From positions 36,585-89,377 of the forward strand of contig MFRE01000009.1 in NCBI GenBank assembly GCA_001784475.1: a DNA stretch of 52,793 bases, in the 5' to 3' direction. Positions 34,288 through 43,892 of this stretch are shown one piece after another (the stretch's first letter is position 1; each line of letters opens with the position of its first letter). The translations under genes and the position numbers were made by a program. The notes under the pieces were generated by a model. That model saw nothing but the letters and a program-made list of their open reading frames with translations, was not told the origin of the DNA and did not search any database. Source of the DNA: Candidatus Magasanikbacteria bacterium RIFOXYD2_FULL_41_14 (GTDB lineage Bacteria; Patescibacteriota; Patescibacteriia; Magasanikbacterales; GWA2-37-8).

Positions 34288-36540
34288 CTAGGGCAAACTT
34301 AGTTGATATAGATTACCGTCATCAGCAACAAAAGCACGTTTTTCTTGTTCCTCAACCACTAATCCGCTTGGGTTCGTCCAAGCATCAACCTCAATTTGAT
34401 TTATTAAGTTGCCGTCTTTGTCGGTAATTATTAAGCGTTTATTGGCACCGTCTAATACATATAGGTTTTGTAGATCATTGTAGGTCCAGAGATTGCTGTC
34501 TGATGATAGCGCTGGATAAAGACCTCTCAAGTTAAATGCAACTTTTTGTCCGCCGTTCCATTTACTGACGGTACCATTTTGGTGAGTAATAAAGATGTCG
34601 CCATCAATAGTGATATCATCGGCGTCAGACAAATAGTTACCCTCGGATTTAATCCATTTTTGACCAATACCAAAACCGGTTTTAATTCGGTCGTGTTTAT
34701 AAATTTGTTGGTTAGAAGTATCTAGGCTGTAAAGTCGTCTATTATATGTGATGATACTTTTGATATTCGTTTCATCTTCAGGAAAACTTATATCCACTTT
34801 TTTAACAGTTTTACTTTCAGGCAAATATTCCGCTATTTCATTTTTACCATAAAGCAAAATCGCGGAGTCATTCTCTTTGGGGACTGTGGCGTCAGTATAT
34901 CCGGTAAATAGGGTAACAATAGTCCCGGTTTGTTTTGTTAGTAAATCATAGGTATAAAGCGATGGCGAGGTTGATGAATATGCAATTAGTAGATTGTTTA
35001 TTTTTAAAATGTTGTTTAACCCAACATCATCCCAGGTGGCCAAAGTTTCTATTTTGGCGGCGTAGCTTTTGCGAAGTTGTGCTAATAATTGGTCTAAAGT
35101 GGACGCGATCGCATCGCAGCGTTCTTTTTTTTGTTTGTCTTGCAAGCAGTCGGTTTGACTAAGAATGTTTTTGGCATCGGCTAAGTCGCTTAGGGCGCTT
35201 TCGGTGTCATTATATACCAGCGAACTTTCTGCACTATCCTGCTTAGTGTTAATGGCGGTAATATTGTCTTCAAATTGTTTGTTTTGCAAGCGCGAGTTCT
35301 GCTGAGATCGTAAGAATAGGACACTGCCAGCAAATATAAAGAAAGTAATAATTGCTCCTAATATTAGCCCTTTGGTTAGCATGGGAAGCTGCTTAAAGTA
35401 AAGGGTGCGGTTTTGAAAATCGTGGCGCCAGTTATCAATGATGTTGCGTCGGCGTTTTTGAAAATTAGTAATAACAAAAAATAAAGCTAGAAAAAATTTA
35501 GCTAACCCAACAAAAAATTTAATAATTAAAATAATAACCCAACCCAGCCCAATTACTAATGATCGTACTAATTTTCCGGTTTGGCGTAAGACAGCTAGCG
35601 ATGTTCGCGTAAAATCAAAGGTTTGCTTTCCGCTTGCCATTTGATGTGGTCGTAAATGAGCAGAAGATATTTCAGTTATTGTGTTAGAGGTGCGCGATAA
35701 AGGCGGTTGCTCATTTTGATCTTTTGGCTTGAAAATACCATTTATTTTTTGGTTCAATTGAGACATGAACGCTGGAGCCAAAGTGTTGGCAGTGTGTTTT
35801 TCGGTAGAAAATAGTTGTTTTAAGGATTTTTCTGAATCACCTTTTTTCAAGGTCGGACGGTCCATGTGTTCGGCGGCAACAGCACTAAGATGAATAATCA
35901 AACCCCCGAACGACATATCATTGCGCAATTCCGACAAAACTCGCTCTAAATGTTCAGCTATTTGTCGTGGTGGTCGTGTGGTAGTAATTTTTTGTAAACG
36001 ATCCTGGTTAAAATATTTAGCTACATTAGGTGTAGTTACTAACATATAATCGCCCGAACTCACTTTACCTTGAATGATCTGGGAGAATAACTGATGCTCA
36101 TCGCCCTGGTCATCGCCCGCGCCAATAAGATCTATTTTTTTATAAAGCCCATCTTTATTTTTATAAAACATTAATATCTGCGGTTCGCCGTGGTATGAAA
36201 AAACAATTTCTTTTTGACGAATTGCCCCAACCACGCAATGTAGGTTTTCCGGCTCGGTCACCCCGCCCCAATATTCGTGGTTTATTTCTTTTAGAACTGT
36301 CTCTAGGCCGTGTTCGTCGGGTTGCTCTTTTTTGGCGTAATAACTACTCTCAATTTCCTCAATAATTTTTTGAAGATGTAGAATGGATTCAGTTGACGAG
36401 TTGTTCAATTCCGCAATAGCAAAAAAATTACCCTTGCTTTCTTCTTCGGCGTTGGAGGGTTCGGTGATGTGGAGGAGAACGTGGGATTTTTGTTGATTGC
36501 CTCCCTCTACAAAAAATTCCTGTAATTGTAAATTTTCCAT
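34288..36540 (-). CDS. Large multi-domain membrane protein, hypothetical (cytoplasmic N-domain, ~3 TM, coiled coil, C-terminal beta-propeller-like repeats)
   Basis: TM helices include LVIGLGWVIILIIKFFVGL and GLILGAIITFFIFAGSVLFL. C-terminal repeats have an NHL/YVTN-like flavour (RLYSLDTSNQQIY, NLYVLDGANKRLIITDKDGNLI, FVADDGNLYQL). The start at M33 (36540) is preferred. Confidence 0.6.
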   Translation of the reverse strand: MENLQLQEFFVEGGNQQKSHVLLHITEPSNAEEESKGNFFAIAELNNSSTESILHLQKIIEEIESSYYAKKEQPDEHGLETVLKEINHEYWGGVTEPENLHCVVGAIRQKEIVFSYHGEPQILMFYKNKDGLYKKIDLIGAGDDQGDEHQLFSQIIQGKVSSGDYMLVTTPNVAKYFNQDRLQKITTTRPPRQIAEHLERVLSELRNDMSFGGLIIHLSAVAAEHMDRPTLKKGDSEKSLKQLFSTEKHTANTLAPAFMSQLNQKINGIFKPKDQNEQPPLSRTSNTITEISSAHLRPHQMASGKQTFDFTRTSLAVLRQTGKLVRSLVIGLGWVIILIIKFFVGLAKFFLALFFVITNFQKRRRNIIDNWRHDFQNRTLYFKQLPMLTKGLILGAIITFFIFAGSVLFLRSQQNSRLQNKQFEDNITAINTKQDSAESSLVYNDTESALSDLADAKNILSQTDCLQDKQKKERCDAIASTLDQLLAQLRKSYAAKIETLATWDDVGLNNILKINNLLIAYSSTSPSLYTYDLLTKQTGTIVTLFTGYTDATVPKENDSAILLYGKNEIAEYLPESKTVKKVDISFPEDETNIKSIITYNRRLYSLDTSNQQIYKHDRIKTGFGIGQKWIKSEGNYLSDADDITIDGDIFITHQNGTVSKWNGGQKVAFNLRGLYPALSSDSNLWTYNDLQNLYVLDGANKRLIITDKDGNLINQIEVDAWTNPSGLVVEEQEKRAFVADDGNLYQLSLP

Positions 36541-36678
36541 AATATTAATATGGAGTAATATTGGCGCCCATATTCGCCTTGGTTTTTTGACTTCCGAAGC
36601 TAAAGATAGTATACTATTAAATGTAAAATAAATCAAAGTTTTTGGGTTTTTTACCCACAGCTATTTATCAATAATTTT

Positions 36679-37275
36679 ATGCTTGAACACCTAATTGGTT
36701 CATCTACTCGGGTTAAACTTTTGCAGGTATTTTTTACAGCTGGCGATAGATCTTTTTTTGTGCGGGAGCTTTCTAGGATGATTGGCTCGCAGATTAACGG
36801 CGTTCGGCGCGAGTTGGCGAATTTAGAAGACATTGGCCTCTTAAAGCAGATTGAGGCCAAAAAAGGTTCGGTGGAAAATTTAGGCACTGAACGGTCAAAG
36901 TATTATTGCCTTAATCAGGAATTCTTTTTGATAGAAGAGTTACGCGCTTTATTAGTTAAAGCTCGTGTTTTAGAAGAACAGAACTTTATTGATGCCATTA
37001 AGCGTAAAGCTGGAAATCTTAAGTTATTTCTTTTGGCCGGTCGTTTTACCGGTGACGATAACGGACCGACCGACATGCTAATTGTCGGGCATGTTAAACC
37101 GGTCGCTTTAGCAAAAATAATTCGAGATTTTGAAAAATTTTTAGGACACCCTTTGCGTTATACATTGATGGAAGAGAAGGAGTTTAAGGATCGGCGCGAG
37201 ATAGGCGATAAATTTATTTATGGAATTTTTGAGTCAAAGTTTATTACTGTGTTAGGATCTGGCTTACTTCAATAG
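36679..37275 (+). CDS. Winged-helix (ArsR-like) DNA-binding protein with C-terminal nucleotidyltransferase-like domain
   Basis: STRVKLLQVFF...FFVRELSRMIGSQINGVRRELANLEDIGLL is a wHTH motif. The call for the C-terminal half is tentative. Confidence 0.5.
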   Translation: MLEHLIGSSTRVKLLQVFFTAGDRSFFVRELSRMIGSQINGVRRELANLEDIGLLKQIEAKKGSVENLGTERSKYYCLNQEFFLIEELRALLVKARVLEEQNFIDAIKRKAGNLKLFLLAGRFTGDDNGPTDMLIVGHVKPVALAKIIRDFEKFLGHPLRYTLMEEKEFKDRREIGDKFIYGIFESKFITVLGSGLLQ

Positions 37276-37277
37276 CT

Positions 37278-37670
37278 ATGTATTTATTAGTTGATAATTC
37301 AGATTTTGAATTCACTAAACTCTATATTGACTTGAACAACAATTGGGTACAACGCGATTGGGTTGCTTCATGCCCGCTCGCGGTCTGTATTCAAGAGTTT
37401 TTAAATGAGCAAAATGTTTCTTTAAAGCAATTAAAAGGTTTGGGAGTGGTAGTCGGCCGTGGTCGTTTTACTGCTACCAGAGTGGCAGTAACAGTTGTTA
37501 ATACGTTGGCCTATTCTTTAGGATTGCCGGTAGTAACAGTATCAGAAATTGAAAAAGATAACATTATTGAGTTAATTACAAAAACGCCCGTCGGTCAATA
37601 TGCCAGCGCACGGTATAGCGGTGAAGCGCATATTGGAACGACCAAAAATAAGATAAGATATGATAACTAA
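37278..37670 (+). CDS. Truncated TsaB (YeaZ)-like protein
   Basis: LKGLGVVVGRGRFTATRVAVTVVNTLAYSLGLPVVTVS parallels the YeaZ segment [23 protein letters not shown]..LP. Only an N-terminal domain of about 130 aa is present. Confidence 0.5.
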   Translation: MYLLVDNSDFEFTKLYIDLNNNWVQRDWVASCPLAVCIQEFLNEQNVSLKQLKGLGVVVGRGRFTATRVAVTVVNTLAYSLGLPVVTVSEIEKDNIIELITKTPVGQYASARYSGEAHIGTTKNKIRYDN

Positions 37671-39144
37671 TTACGAGCGTTATAGACTTTATGAAATTTT
37701 ACCCGGTTTAACTATTTGGGGCACTATTATTATTGGGATTGCCCTGTCGTTTTTTAAACCGCTAATAATGATTTATGTAATTATTGTATTTGATATTTAC
37801 TGGGTGTGTCGGGTGGTATATTTTAGTTATTATTTAATTTTATCTTGGAGACGATTTCGGTTAGCTTTGAAAATTGATTGGATGTCAAAATTGAAGAATG
37901 AGTGCCCCAGTTGGGTTGAGAAAATTCAAGTAGTTATGTTGCCAATCTACGATGAAGATTATGAAGTTGTGAGTGACTCCTTGGAGGCAATCAAGCATTC
38001 AACTTACTCAGCCAAAAAGATATACATTGTAATTTCCGGAGAAAGCAGGAAATTGAAACACTGGATCGAGATTCAAAGTTTGGTCCGAAGTCATTTTGAC
38101 GGTGTTTTCGCGGATTTAATTTTTTGCACCCACCCAGCCGGGCTAGCCGGTGAAATTCCTGGTAAGGGATCAAATATCAATTACGCGGAGAGTGAATTTA
38201 AAAAATACGCTGACGCTCGTGCTTGGAAATATATTGATATCATTGTATCAATTTTTGACATAGATACAGTGGTGCATCCGCAGTATTTTTCTCATTTGAC
38301 ATATCTATATTGTGTCCACCCAAATCCGGCTCGCAGTTCTTTTCAGCCGGTTACTTTGTATAATAATAATTTATGGGAGTCACCTTCAGTTTTGCGTGTG
38401 ATGGCTTTTGGTACCACTTTTTGGATGTTATTCAGTGTGGCTCGTCTAGACAACATGGTTACTTTTTCTTCTCATAGTATGAGTTTTCAGGCCATCGTGG
38501 ATTGTGGCGGGCACGCTCGCGATGTTGTTAGTGAAGATTCCAGAATATTTTTTCAATGTTGGCTTACCAATCACGGTAATTATGAAGTGACCCCGCTTTA
38601 TATTCCGGTATCAATGGATACAGTGCGCGCTGATAACTGGTTTGCAAGTTTAAAAAATTTGTATTTACAACAAAGGCGCTGGGCTTGGGGGACTGAAAAC
38701 ATTCCATTTTTGATGTATGCGTTTCGCAATCATAAGGAAATACCTTGGTTAAAAAAAGCGACAATTTTATTTCATGAATGGGAGGGTAAATGGAGTTGGG
38801 CGGTTGTGGCTGTTTTGATTACAATTTTGGGGCGCTTGCCTTTGTGGTTAGCCAATGATGAAGTGCGTCAGAGCGCCTTGTTTTTTAATGCTCCGTTTGT
38901 TTTGGAGAATCTAATGACAATAGCCATGATGGGCCTTTTAATTTCGGCGATGATGGGCATGCTTCTTTTGCCTCCTCGTCCTACTAAGCAAGGCCAGCAC
39001 AAATACTTGTTTATGTTGTTACAATGGGCGCTTGTTCCGGTTTCGTTGTTGTTATTTTCTTCTGTACCTTGTATTGATGCCGTTACTCACCTTATGTTCG
39101 GCAAGTATTTGGGATTCAATGTTTCACAAAAAAGTCGTGGTTGA
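37660..39144 (+). CDS. Family 2 glycosyltransferase, membrane-embedded processive synthase-like
   Basis: N- and C-terminal TM helices, Asp motifs (PIYDED, FDIDT) and QQRRWAWG (QxxRW). Confidence 0.8.
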   Translation: MITNYERYRLYEILPGLTIWGTIIIGIALSFFKPLIMIYVIIVFDIYWVCRVVYFSYYLILSWRRFRLALKIDWMSKLKNECPSWVEKIQVVMLPIYDEDYEVVSDSLEAIKHSTYSAKKIYIVISGESRKLKHWIEIQSLVRSHFDGVFADLIFCTHPAGLAGEIPGKGSNINYAESEFKKYADARAWKYIDIIVSIFDIDTVVHPQYFSHLTYLYCVHPNPARSSFQPVTLYNNNLWESPSVLRVMAFGTTFWMLFSVARLDNMVTFSSHSMSFQAIVDCGGHARDVVSEDSRIFFQCWLTNHGNYEVTPLYIPVSMDTVRADNWFASLKNLYLQQRRWAWGTENIPFLMYAFRNHKEIPWLKKATILFHEWEGKWSWAVVAVLITILGRLPLWLANDEVRQSALFFNAPFVLENLMTIAMMGLLISAMMGMLLLPPRPTKQGQHKYLFMLLQWALVPVSLLLFSSVPCIDAVTHLMFGKYLGFNVSQKSRG

Positions 39145-39159
39145 TTTGGATAATTATTT

Positions 39160-40590
39160 ATGAAAAAAATTAAAATATTATTTTTTACCATTTTGCTCAT
39201 GATTGTTGTCGTGGGAGTGTCTGGATATTTTTGGTTACAGAATAATCCCACTGGCCAGGCCTTGTTTCACTTTGGTGGTTTAGTAGTTGGGGCCAATGAC
39301 AATAGCGTAATTTTAAAACAAGCGCTCGGTTTGAGTAAGCCCAAGACCTATTTACTTCTTTTTTTAAACAACACTGAATTAAGGCCGGGTGGGGGATTTA
39401 TCGGCGCTTACGCTGTCGTGCGAATTGATAAAGCCAAGCCGGAAATTTTAAAAATAGAAGGGAGTGAAATTTTAGATAAAAACGCTACCGCCTTTCTGGA
39501 TAATCCACCGGAGCCAATCCAGCGTTCGTTGGCTGTGGATAACTGGTTTTTTCGGGATTCTAACTGGTCGCCAGATTTTGCGTCTTCTAGTGAAAATGTT
39601 TTGCGGGCTTATGCCAAGGAAAATGGTTTACTATCAGAAAATATTGACGCGGTTGTCGGATTTACGCCAACAGTGTTGGAAGAATTTTTAAAGATTGTGG
39701 GGCCCATAACAGCTGAAGGTATAGAATTTAACGCACAGAATTTTACGGAAAAATTGGAGTATGAAGTGGAATATGGCTATGTTGATCGGGGTGAAGAGTT
39801 TGTAGAGCGTAAGAATTTATTAGCAGATGTTGCGACAGCTTTGATTGCAAAAGGGCGAGAGAATATTTTGGAAGGATTGTCGCAATATTTTGCAGTCGTC
39901 CAAAGAATGATTTTGGAAAAGCAGATAGTTTTTTATTCTGTTGATAGCTCTTATCAGTCAATTTTAAAATCGCAAAATTTGTCCGGGCAGATGACAACAT
40001 CGACCGGAGATTATTTATTTTGGGTTGATGCCAATTTGGGGTCATTGAAAACCGATGTTGCTTTGACGCGTGATTTAACTTATAAAATAGTCAGTACTGG
40101 TACGCAGTATTTGGCGCGAGCAACAATGTATTATGACCACACGGGTGATTATGATTGGCGCACCACGCGTTATTTGGCTTATAGTCGTATTTTTGTACCA
40201 TTGGGTAGCAGGTTAATCAGCATAACAGGATCTGATGTTGAAGATGCATTGGGGAAATTGCCAACAGACGAAGGTGTTGAAAATGGACGCCAGTGGTTTG
40301 GATCGTATATTAAAATTATTCCGGGCAAAAGTTTGGCAGTCACTTTTGAATATTTATTACCTTCAGACATAATTGATTTTGAAAAATCTAAACAATATAA
40401 TTTATTTGTTCAAAAACAGATTGGCACTAATCAGATCGGATTAAATCTGAATTTAAACTTTGGAAGAAATATTCGGCCTGTCGAACCGAGTACATTTGAG
40501 ATGGGATTGGACAACAATAGTAATAATGATTATAATTTTAAGACGGATTTAGTGATTGATAGAGCGTTTGTCATTGAGTTTGATAATTAA
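39160..40590 (+). CDS. DUF4012 domain protein (signal-anchored)
   Basis: LLLFLNNTELRPGGGFIGAYAVV is the characteristic DUF4012 motif. An N-terminal TM segment is present. Confidence 0.8.
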   Translation: MKKIKILFFTILLMIVVVGVSGYFWLQNNPTGQALFHFGGLVVGANDNSVILKQALGLSKPKTYLLLFLNNTELRPGGGFIGAYAVVRIDKAKPEILKIEGSEILDKNATAFLDNPPEPIQRSLAVDNWFFRDSNWSPDFASSSENVLRAYAKENGLLSENIDAVVGFTPTVLEEFLKIVGPITAEGIEFNAQNFTEKLEYEVEYGYVDRGEEFVERKNLLADVATALIAKGRENILEGLSQYFAVVQRMILEKQIVFYSVDSSYQSILKSQNLSGQMTTSTGDYLFWVDANLGSLKTDVALTRDLTYKIVSTGTQYLARATMYYDHTGDYDWRTTRYLAYSRIFVPLGSRLISITGSDVEDALGKLPTDEGVENGRQWFGSYIKIIPGKSLAVTFEYLLPSDIIDFEKSKQYNLFVQKQIGTNQIGLNLNLNFGRNIRPVEPSTFEMGLDNNSNNDYNFKTDLVIDRAFVIEFDN

Positions 40591-40614
40591 TTTAAAAAAA
40601 TCTAAATATATTTT

Positions 40615-41622
40615 ATGTTTATCAAAAAAATCGGTATTGATCTCGGCACCACCAATGTTTTGGTATATGTGCCTAGAAAGGGGATTATTATTAACGAACC
40701 TTCTGTTGTGGCAATATCCAAAAGCGATGGCAAAGTGTTGGCGGTTGGTCTTGAGGCCAAAGATATGATTGGTCGCACGCCTGACACAATTGTAGCTGAA
40801 CGTCCACTGAAAGATGGTGTAATCGCCAATTACAACACTACCGAAGCGATGATGCGCTATTTTATTAATAAGGCCTTAGGCGGCATGCGGCTTTTTCGCC
40901 CAGAAGTGATGGTGGCGGTGCCAGCTGGAATTACTTCCACTGAACGGCGTGCGGTCATTGACGCTGCTCTCGCGGCTGGTGCTCGCGCCGCATATATTAT
41001 AAAAGAACCGATTGTGGCGGCAATTGGCGCCGATATTCCAATTGGCGCTGCTTCCGGTCATATGATAATTGATATTGGTGGCGGTACGGCTGAAATCGCC
41101 GTAATTTCTTTGGGCGGAATTGTGTCGTGTGGGTCGGTGCGTATTGGCGGCAATAAATTTGACGCGGCTATTGCCGAATATATTCGTCATAAATATAATT
41201 TAGCCATTGGCGAGAGTATGGCGGAAAAAATAAAAATAGCGGTTGGTTCGGCCCTGTTTATGGATAAGCCATTGACTACAGAAGTAAAGGGGCGGGATAT
41301 GGTTACTGGTTTACCCCGGATAGTTAATGTAAATTCCGATGATACTACCGAGGCCTTACAGCATGATTTAGAATTGCTGACTGAGGCAATTAAAGATGTT
41401 TTACAAAGAACGCCGCCAGAATTATCCGCTGATGTAATTGATAAGGGTATAATTTTATCAGGCGGGTCGGCATTGCTAAGAAATTTAGACGAGCTTATTG
41501 CCAAAACAACCGGTGTGGCCACTTATGTGGCCGAAGAACCGCTTTTGTGCGTGGCCAAAGGCACTGGTATTGCTTTGGAAAATTTAGATAGTTACAAGCG
41601 CAGTATTTTGGCGACGAAATGA
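40615..41622 (+). CDS. mreB: Rod shape-determining protein MreB
   Basis: IGIDLGTTN, MVAVPAGITSTERRAV, IDIGGGTAEIAV and LSGGSALLRNLD. Confidence 0.96.
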   Translation: MFIKKIGIDLGTTNVLVYVPRKGIIINEPSVVAISKSDGKVLAVGLEAKDMIGRTPDTIVAERPLKDGVIANYNTTEAMMRYFINKALGGMRLFRPEVMVAVPAGITSTERRAVIDAALAAGARAAYIIKEPIVAAIGADIPIGAASGHMIIDIGGGTAEIAVISLGGIVSCGSVRIGGNKFDAAIAEYIRHKYNLAIGESMAEKIKIAVGSALFMDKPLTTEVKGRDMVTGLPRIVNVNSDDTTEALQHDLELLTEAIKDVLQRTPPELSADVIDKGIILSGGSALLRNLDELIAKTTGVATYVAEEPLLCVAKGTGIALENLDSYKRSILATK

Positions 41623-41695
41623 CGAAAGACCAAAGAATGAAGAATGAAGATTGGATTTTTAACAATCTTTAATCTTTAATCTTTAATTTTTCACT
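41623..41695. repeat. AT-rich heptamer mini-repeats forming an imperfect inverted repeat
   Basis: (a)gaatga x2 plus agattgg at 41634-41654, and (t)aatctt x3 at 41663-41686. gaagattg pairs with caatcttt. Confidence 0.7.
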
Positions 41696-42916
41696 GTGTT
41701 ACTCGCCATCGAAGCCAGCCACGCTGTTAAAACACCCCGCACGGGTGTGGAAGAAGCGTGTTGGCAGATGATTAAAAATTTATCCGACTTAGGCGGGCCC
41801 GCCTCGGGCGGAAAGTCAACTCTACCTGCGGACACGCGGGTTATTTTGTATAGTCATAAAATGCCTGATGACAAAAGTATGTCCGTACACGTGTACGGAC
41901 ATAAGTTTAATGAATTGCCTACAAATTGGGAGTGGAAAATTTTAAATTGGCCAGTAAAAAAACTTTGGAGTCAATTTCGTCTGTCATACGAATTATTTAA
42001 AAATCCGCCGGATGTTTTTTTTGCAGTTGGGCAATTATTACCATTTTTTTTACCTAAAAAAATAAAAGTAATTACTTTTGTCCACGACAGTGCGTTTGAA
42101 GCCGAACCGAATGCGTATAGTTTATTGGGAAAAATTTATTTAAAACTGATGAACCGCCGGATTGTGGCTCGCAGTGATAAAATTATTACATCCACGGAAT
42201 TTAATAAAAAAGAATTGCTAAAATATTATCAGGTTGCGTCGGAAAAAGTTGTGGTAGTTCCGCTTGCTTATGATGCCAATGTTTTTTGCATGGATTTGTC
42301 ATCGCGAGAAGCACGGCGACGAAGCAATCTATCATTTGATCAACAGAGAGATTGTTGCACTTCGCTCGCAATGATAAATAAACCATATTTTATTTATCTT
42401 GGCCGTTTGGAGGAAAAGAAAAATACTGCTTTGCTCGTGCGCGCTTTTGATCAAACACGTGCTAGTGGAGTTGACTGCCAGTTGGTATTGGTAGGCAAAT
42501 TTGGTAAACTTTCAGCAGATGTTCGCACCGCCTTGGTAGATAGTCCATATAAAAAAGACATCATTGTCCCGGGTTATGTTAAGTCAGAAGATTTACCTGG
42601 CCTAATGTGCGGGGCGCTCGCTCTGGTGTTTCCTTCCCGCTATGAGGGTTTTGGTATGCCGATTTTGGAAAGTATGGCTTGTGGCACGCCAGTAATTGTC
42701 AGTGATATTCCGGCCTTGCGGGAGGTGGGTGGATCAGCTATAACCTATATTTGTCCTAAAATTGCTGATTTGGCGCTGGCAATGGCCCAAGCAGCGAAAG
42801 ATCCAGTTTGGCGTGAAAATCATCGCCTAGCCGGCTTAGAACGGGTAAAAAGTTACTCCTGGACTAAAACAGCTGAAATCTTGGGCAGAGAGATTGCCAA
42901 AACCCGTTTATTTTGA
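41696..42916 (+). CDS. Family 1 (GT4) glycosyltransferase carrying three in-frame repeat-element-like segments
   Basis: PYFIYLGRLEEKKN and FPSRYEGFGMPILESMACGTPVI (EX7E region). It has a GTG start. The N-domain is about 30-40 aa longer than usual. Confidence 0.85.
   Translation: MLLAIEASHAVKTPRTGVEEACWQMIKNLSDLGGPASGGKSTLPADTRVILYSHKMPDDKSMSVHVYGHKFNELPTNWEWKILNWPVKKLWSQFRLSYELFKNPPDVFFAVGQLLPFFLPKKIKVITFVHDSAFEAEPNAYSLLGKIYLKLMNRRIVARSDKIITSTEFNKKELLKYYQVASEKVVVVPLAYDANVFCMDLSSREARRRSNLSFDQQRDCCTSLAMINKPYFIYLGRLEEKKNTALLVRAFDQTRASGVDCQLVLVGKFGKLSADVRTALVDSPYKKDIIVPGYVKSEDLPGLMCGALALVFPSRYEGFGMPILESMACGTPVIVSDIPALREVGGSAITYICPKIADLALAMAQAAKDPVWRENHRLAGLERVKSYSWTKTAEILGREIAKTRLF
41791..41812. 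repeat. GC-rich palindromic unit (GGCGGGCCCGCCTCGGGCGG) inside the GT4 CDS
   Basis: It is related to cccgccttgggcggg at 11035-11049 and translates to GGPASGG. Confidence 0.7.
41878..41903. repeat. Perfect 26-nt palindrome, copy 2 of 3, in-frame inside the GT4 CDS
   Basis: tatgtccgtacacgtgtacggacata translates to (S)MSVHVYGH(K). Confidence 0.95.
42298..42375. repeat. ~78-bp imperfect inverted-repeat element in-frame inside the GT4 CDS
   Basis: The left arm is gtcatcgcgagaagc..gaagcaatct and the right arm is agagattg..cttcgctcgcaatgat. The termini are of the same GTCAT(T/C)GCGA(C/G) / GAAGCAATCT family as 11024-11140. It translates to SSREARRRSNLSFDQQRDCCTSLAMI. Confidence 0.7.
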
Positions 42917-42955
42917 TATTATTTATCTAGGAGGTTTTTAAGTTTTTAGAAGTTT

Positions 42956-43855
42956 GTGTTTATTGGCAATCAAGAAATTTTTGAATATTTTAACCAAGCG
43001 GCCCTTCAAAAAACTTTGAACCAGGCCTATGGTTTTGTTGGCGTTGCCCAATTGGGCAAGCGAACTTTGGCGGAAACTATTGCCGCCACTTTGCTCGGTC
43101 AAGAGCGTGCGAAATTAAATTTGCATCCAGATTTTTACAGTATAGAGCGACTCGCCGACGAGAAAACTGGCAAGATCAAAAAGGATATCACTGTTGGCCA
43201 AGCGCGAGAGATTAAAGCAAAATTGCAAAATCGGTCGTGGTTGTCTGGATATCAGGTAGTAATAATTGACGAAGCCGAGTGTTTTAACGAGGAATCAGCC
43301 AATTCACTGCTAAAGTTATTAGAAGAACCAGGACAGAAAAATGTGTTTTTTTTATTGAGCGAAGATGAAAGTAAAATAATACCAACTGTTCATTCTCGTT
43401 GCCAGTGGTGGCATTTTAATACTGTACCAAAAGTAGAAATAGAGAAAGTGTTGCGTGACCGTGATGTGGAGGGCGGGTTAGCCCACGAAGTGGCAGAATT
43501 GTCTTGGGGCCGTCCGGGACGAGCAATAACTTTGGCGGAAAATCCGGAAAAGCTATTACAAACTAGAGAAGAGGTTAGCCGCTATAAAAAATTACGCACG
43601 GCACCAATTTATGAACGTTTTAAAATAATTGAAAATTTGGCCGGTGAGAAAAAGAGCGCAGCTCAGGGCAAGGATGAGTTAGACGACATTTTACAAATTT
43701 GGACAACGGTAGAAGCGGAAAATATTATGTCAGGACAATTAGCAGCGCGTGCGCGATCAGTCCAAGTAATAGACAGATTAGCGCGCCTGCGGGGATATCT
43801 TAGGCAGAATATTCACCCGCGTTTGGCTTTGGAAGAATTTTGTTTATCGTTCTAA
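42956..43855 (+). CDS. holB: DNA polymerase III delta' subunit
   Basis: GKRTLAETIA, VVIIDEAECFNEESANSLLKLLEEP and TVHSRCQ. It has a GTG start. Confidence 0.8.
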   Translation: MFIGNQEIFEYFNQAALQKTLNQAYGFVGVAQLGKRTLAETIAATLLGQERAKLNLHPDFYSIERLADEKTGKIKKDITVGQAREIKAKLQNRSWLSGYQVVIIDEAECFNEESANSLLKLLEEPGQKNVFFLLSEDESKIIPTVHSRCQWWHFNTVPKVEIEKVLRDRDVEGGLAHEVAELSWGRPGRAITLAENPEKLLQTREEVSRYKKLRTAPIYERFKIIENLAGEKKSAAQGKDELDDILQIWTTVEAENIMSGQLAARARSVQVIDRLARLRGYLRQNIHPRLALEEFCLSF

Positions 43856-43892
43856 TTTAACTAATTAATAATTTAACCAAATTACTAACCAT

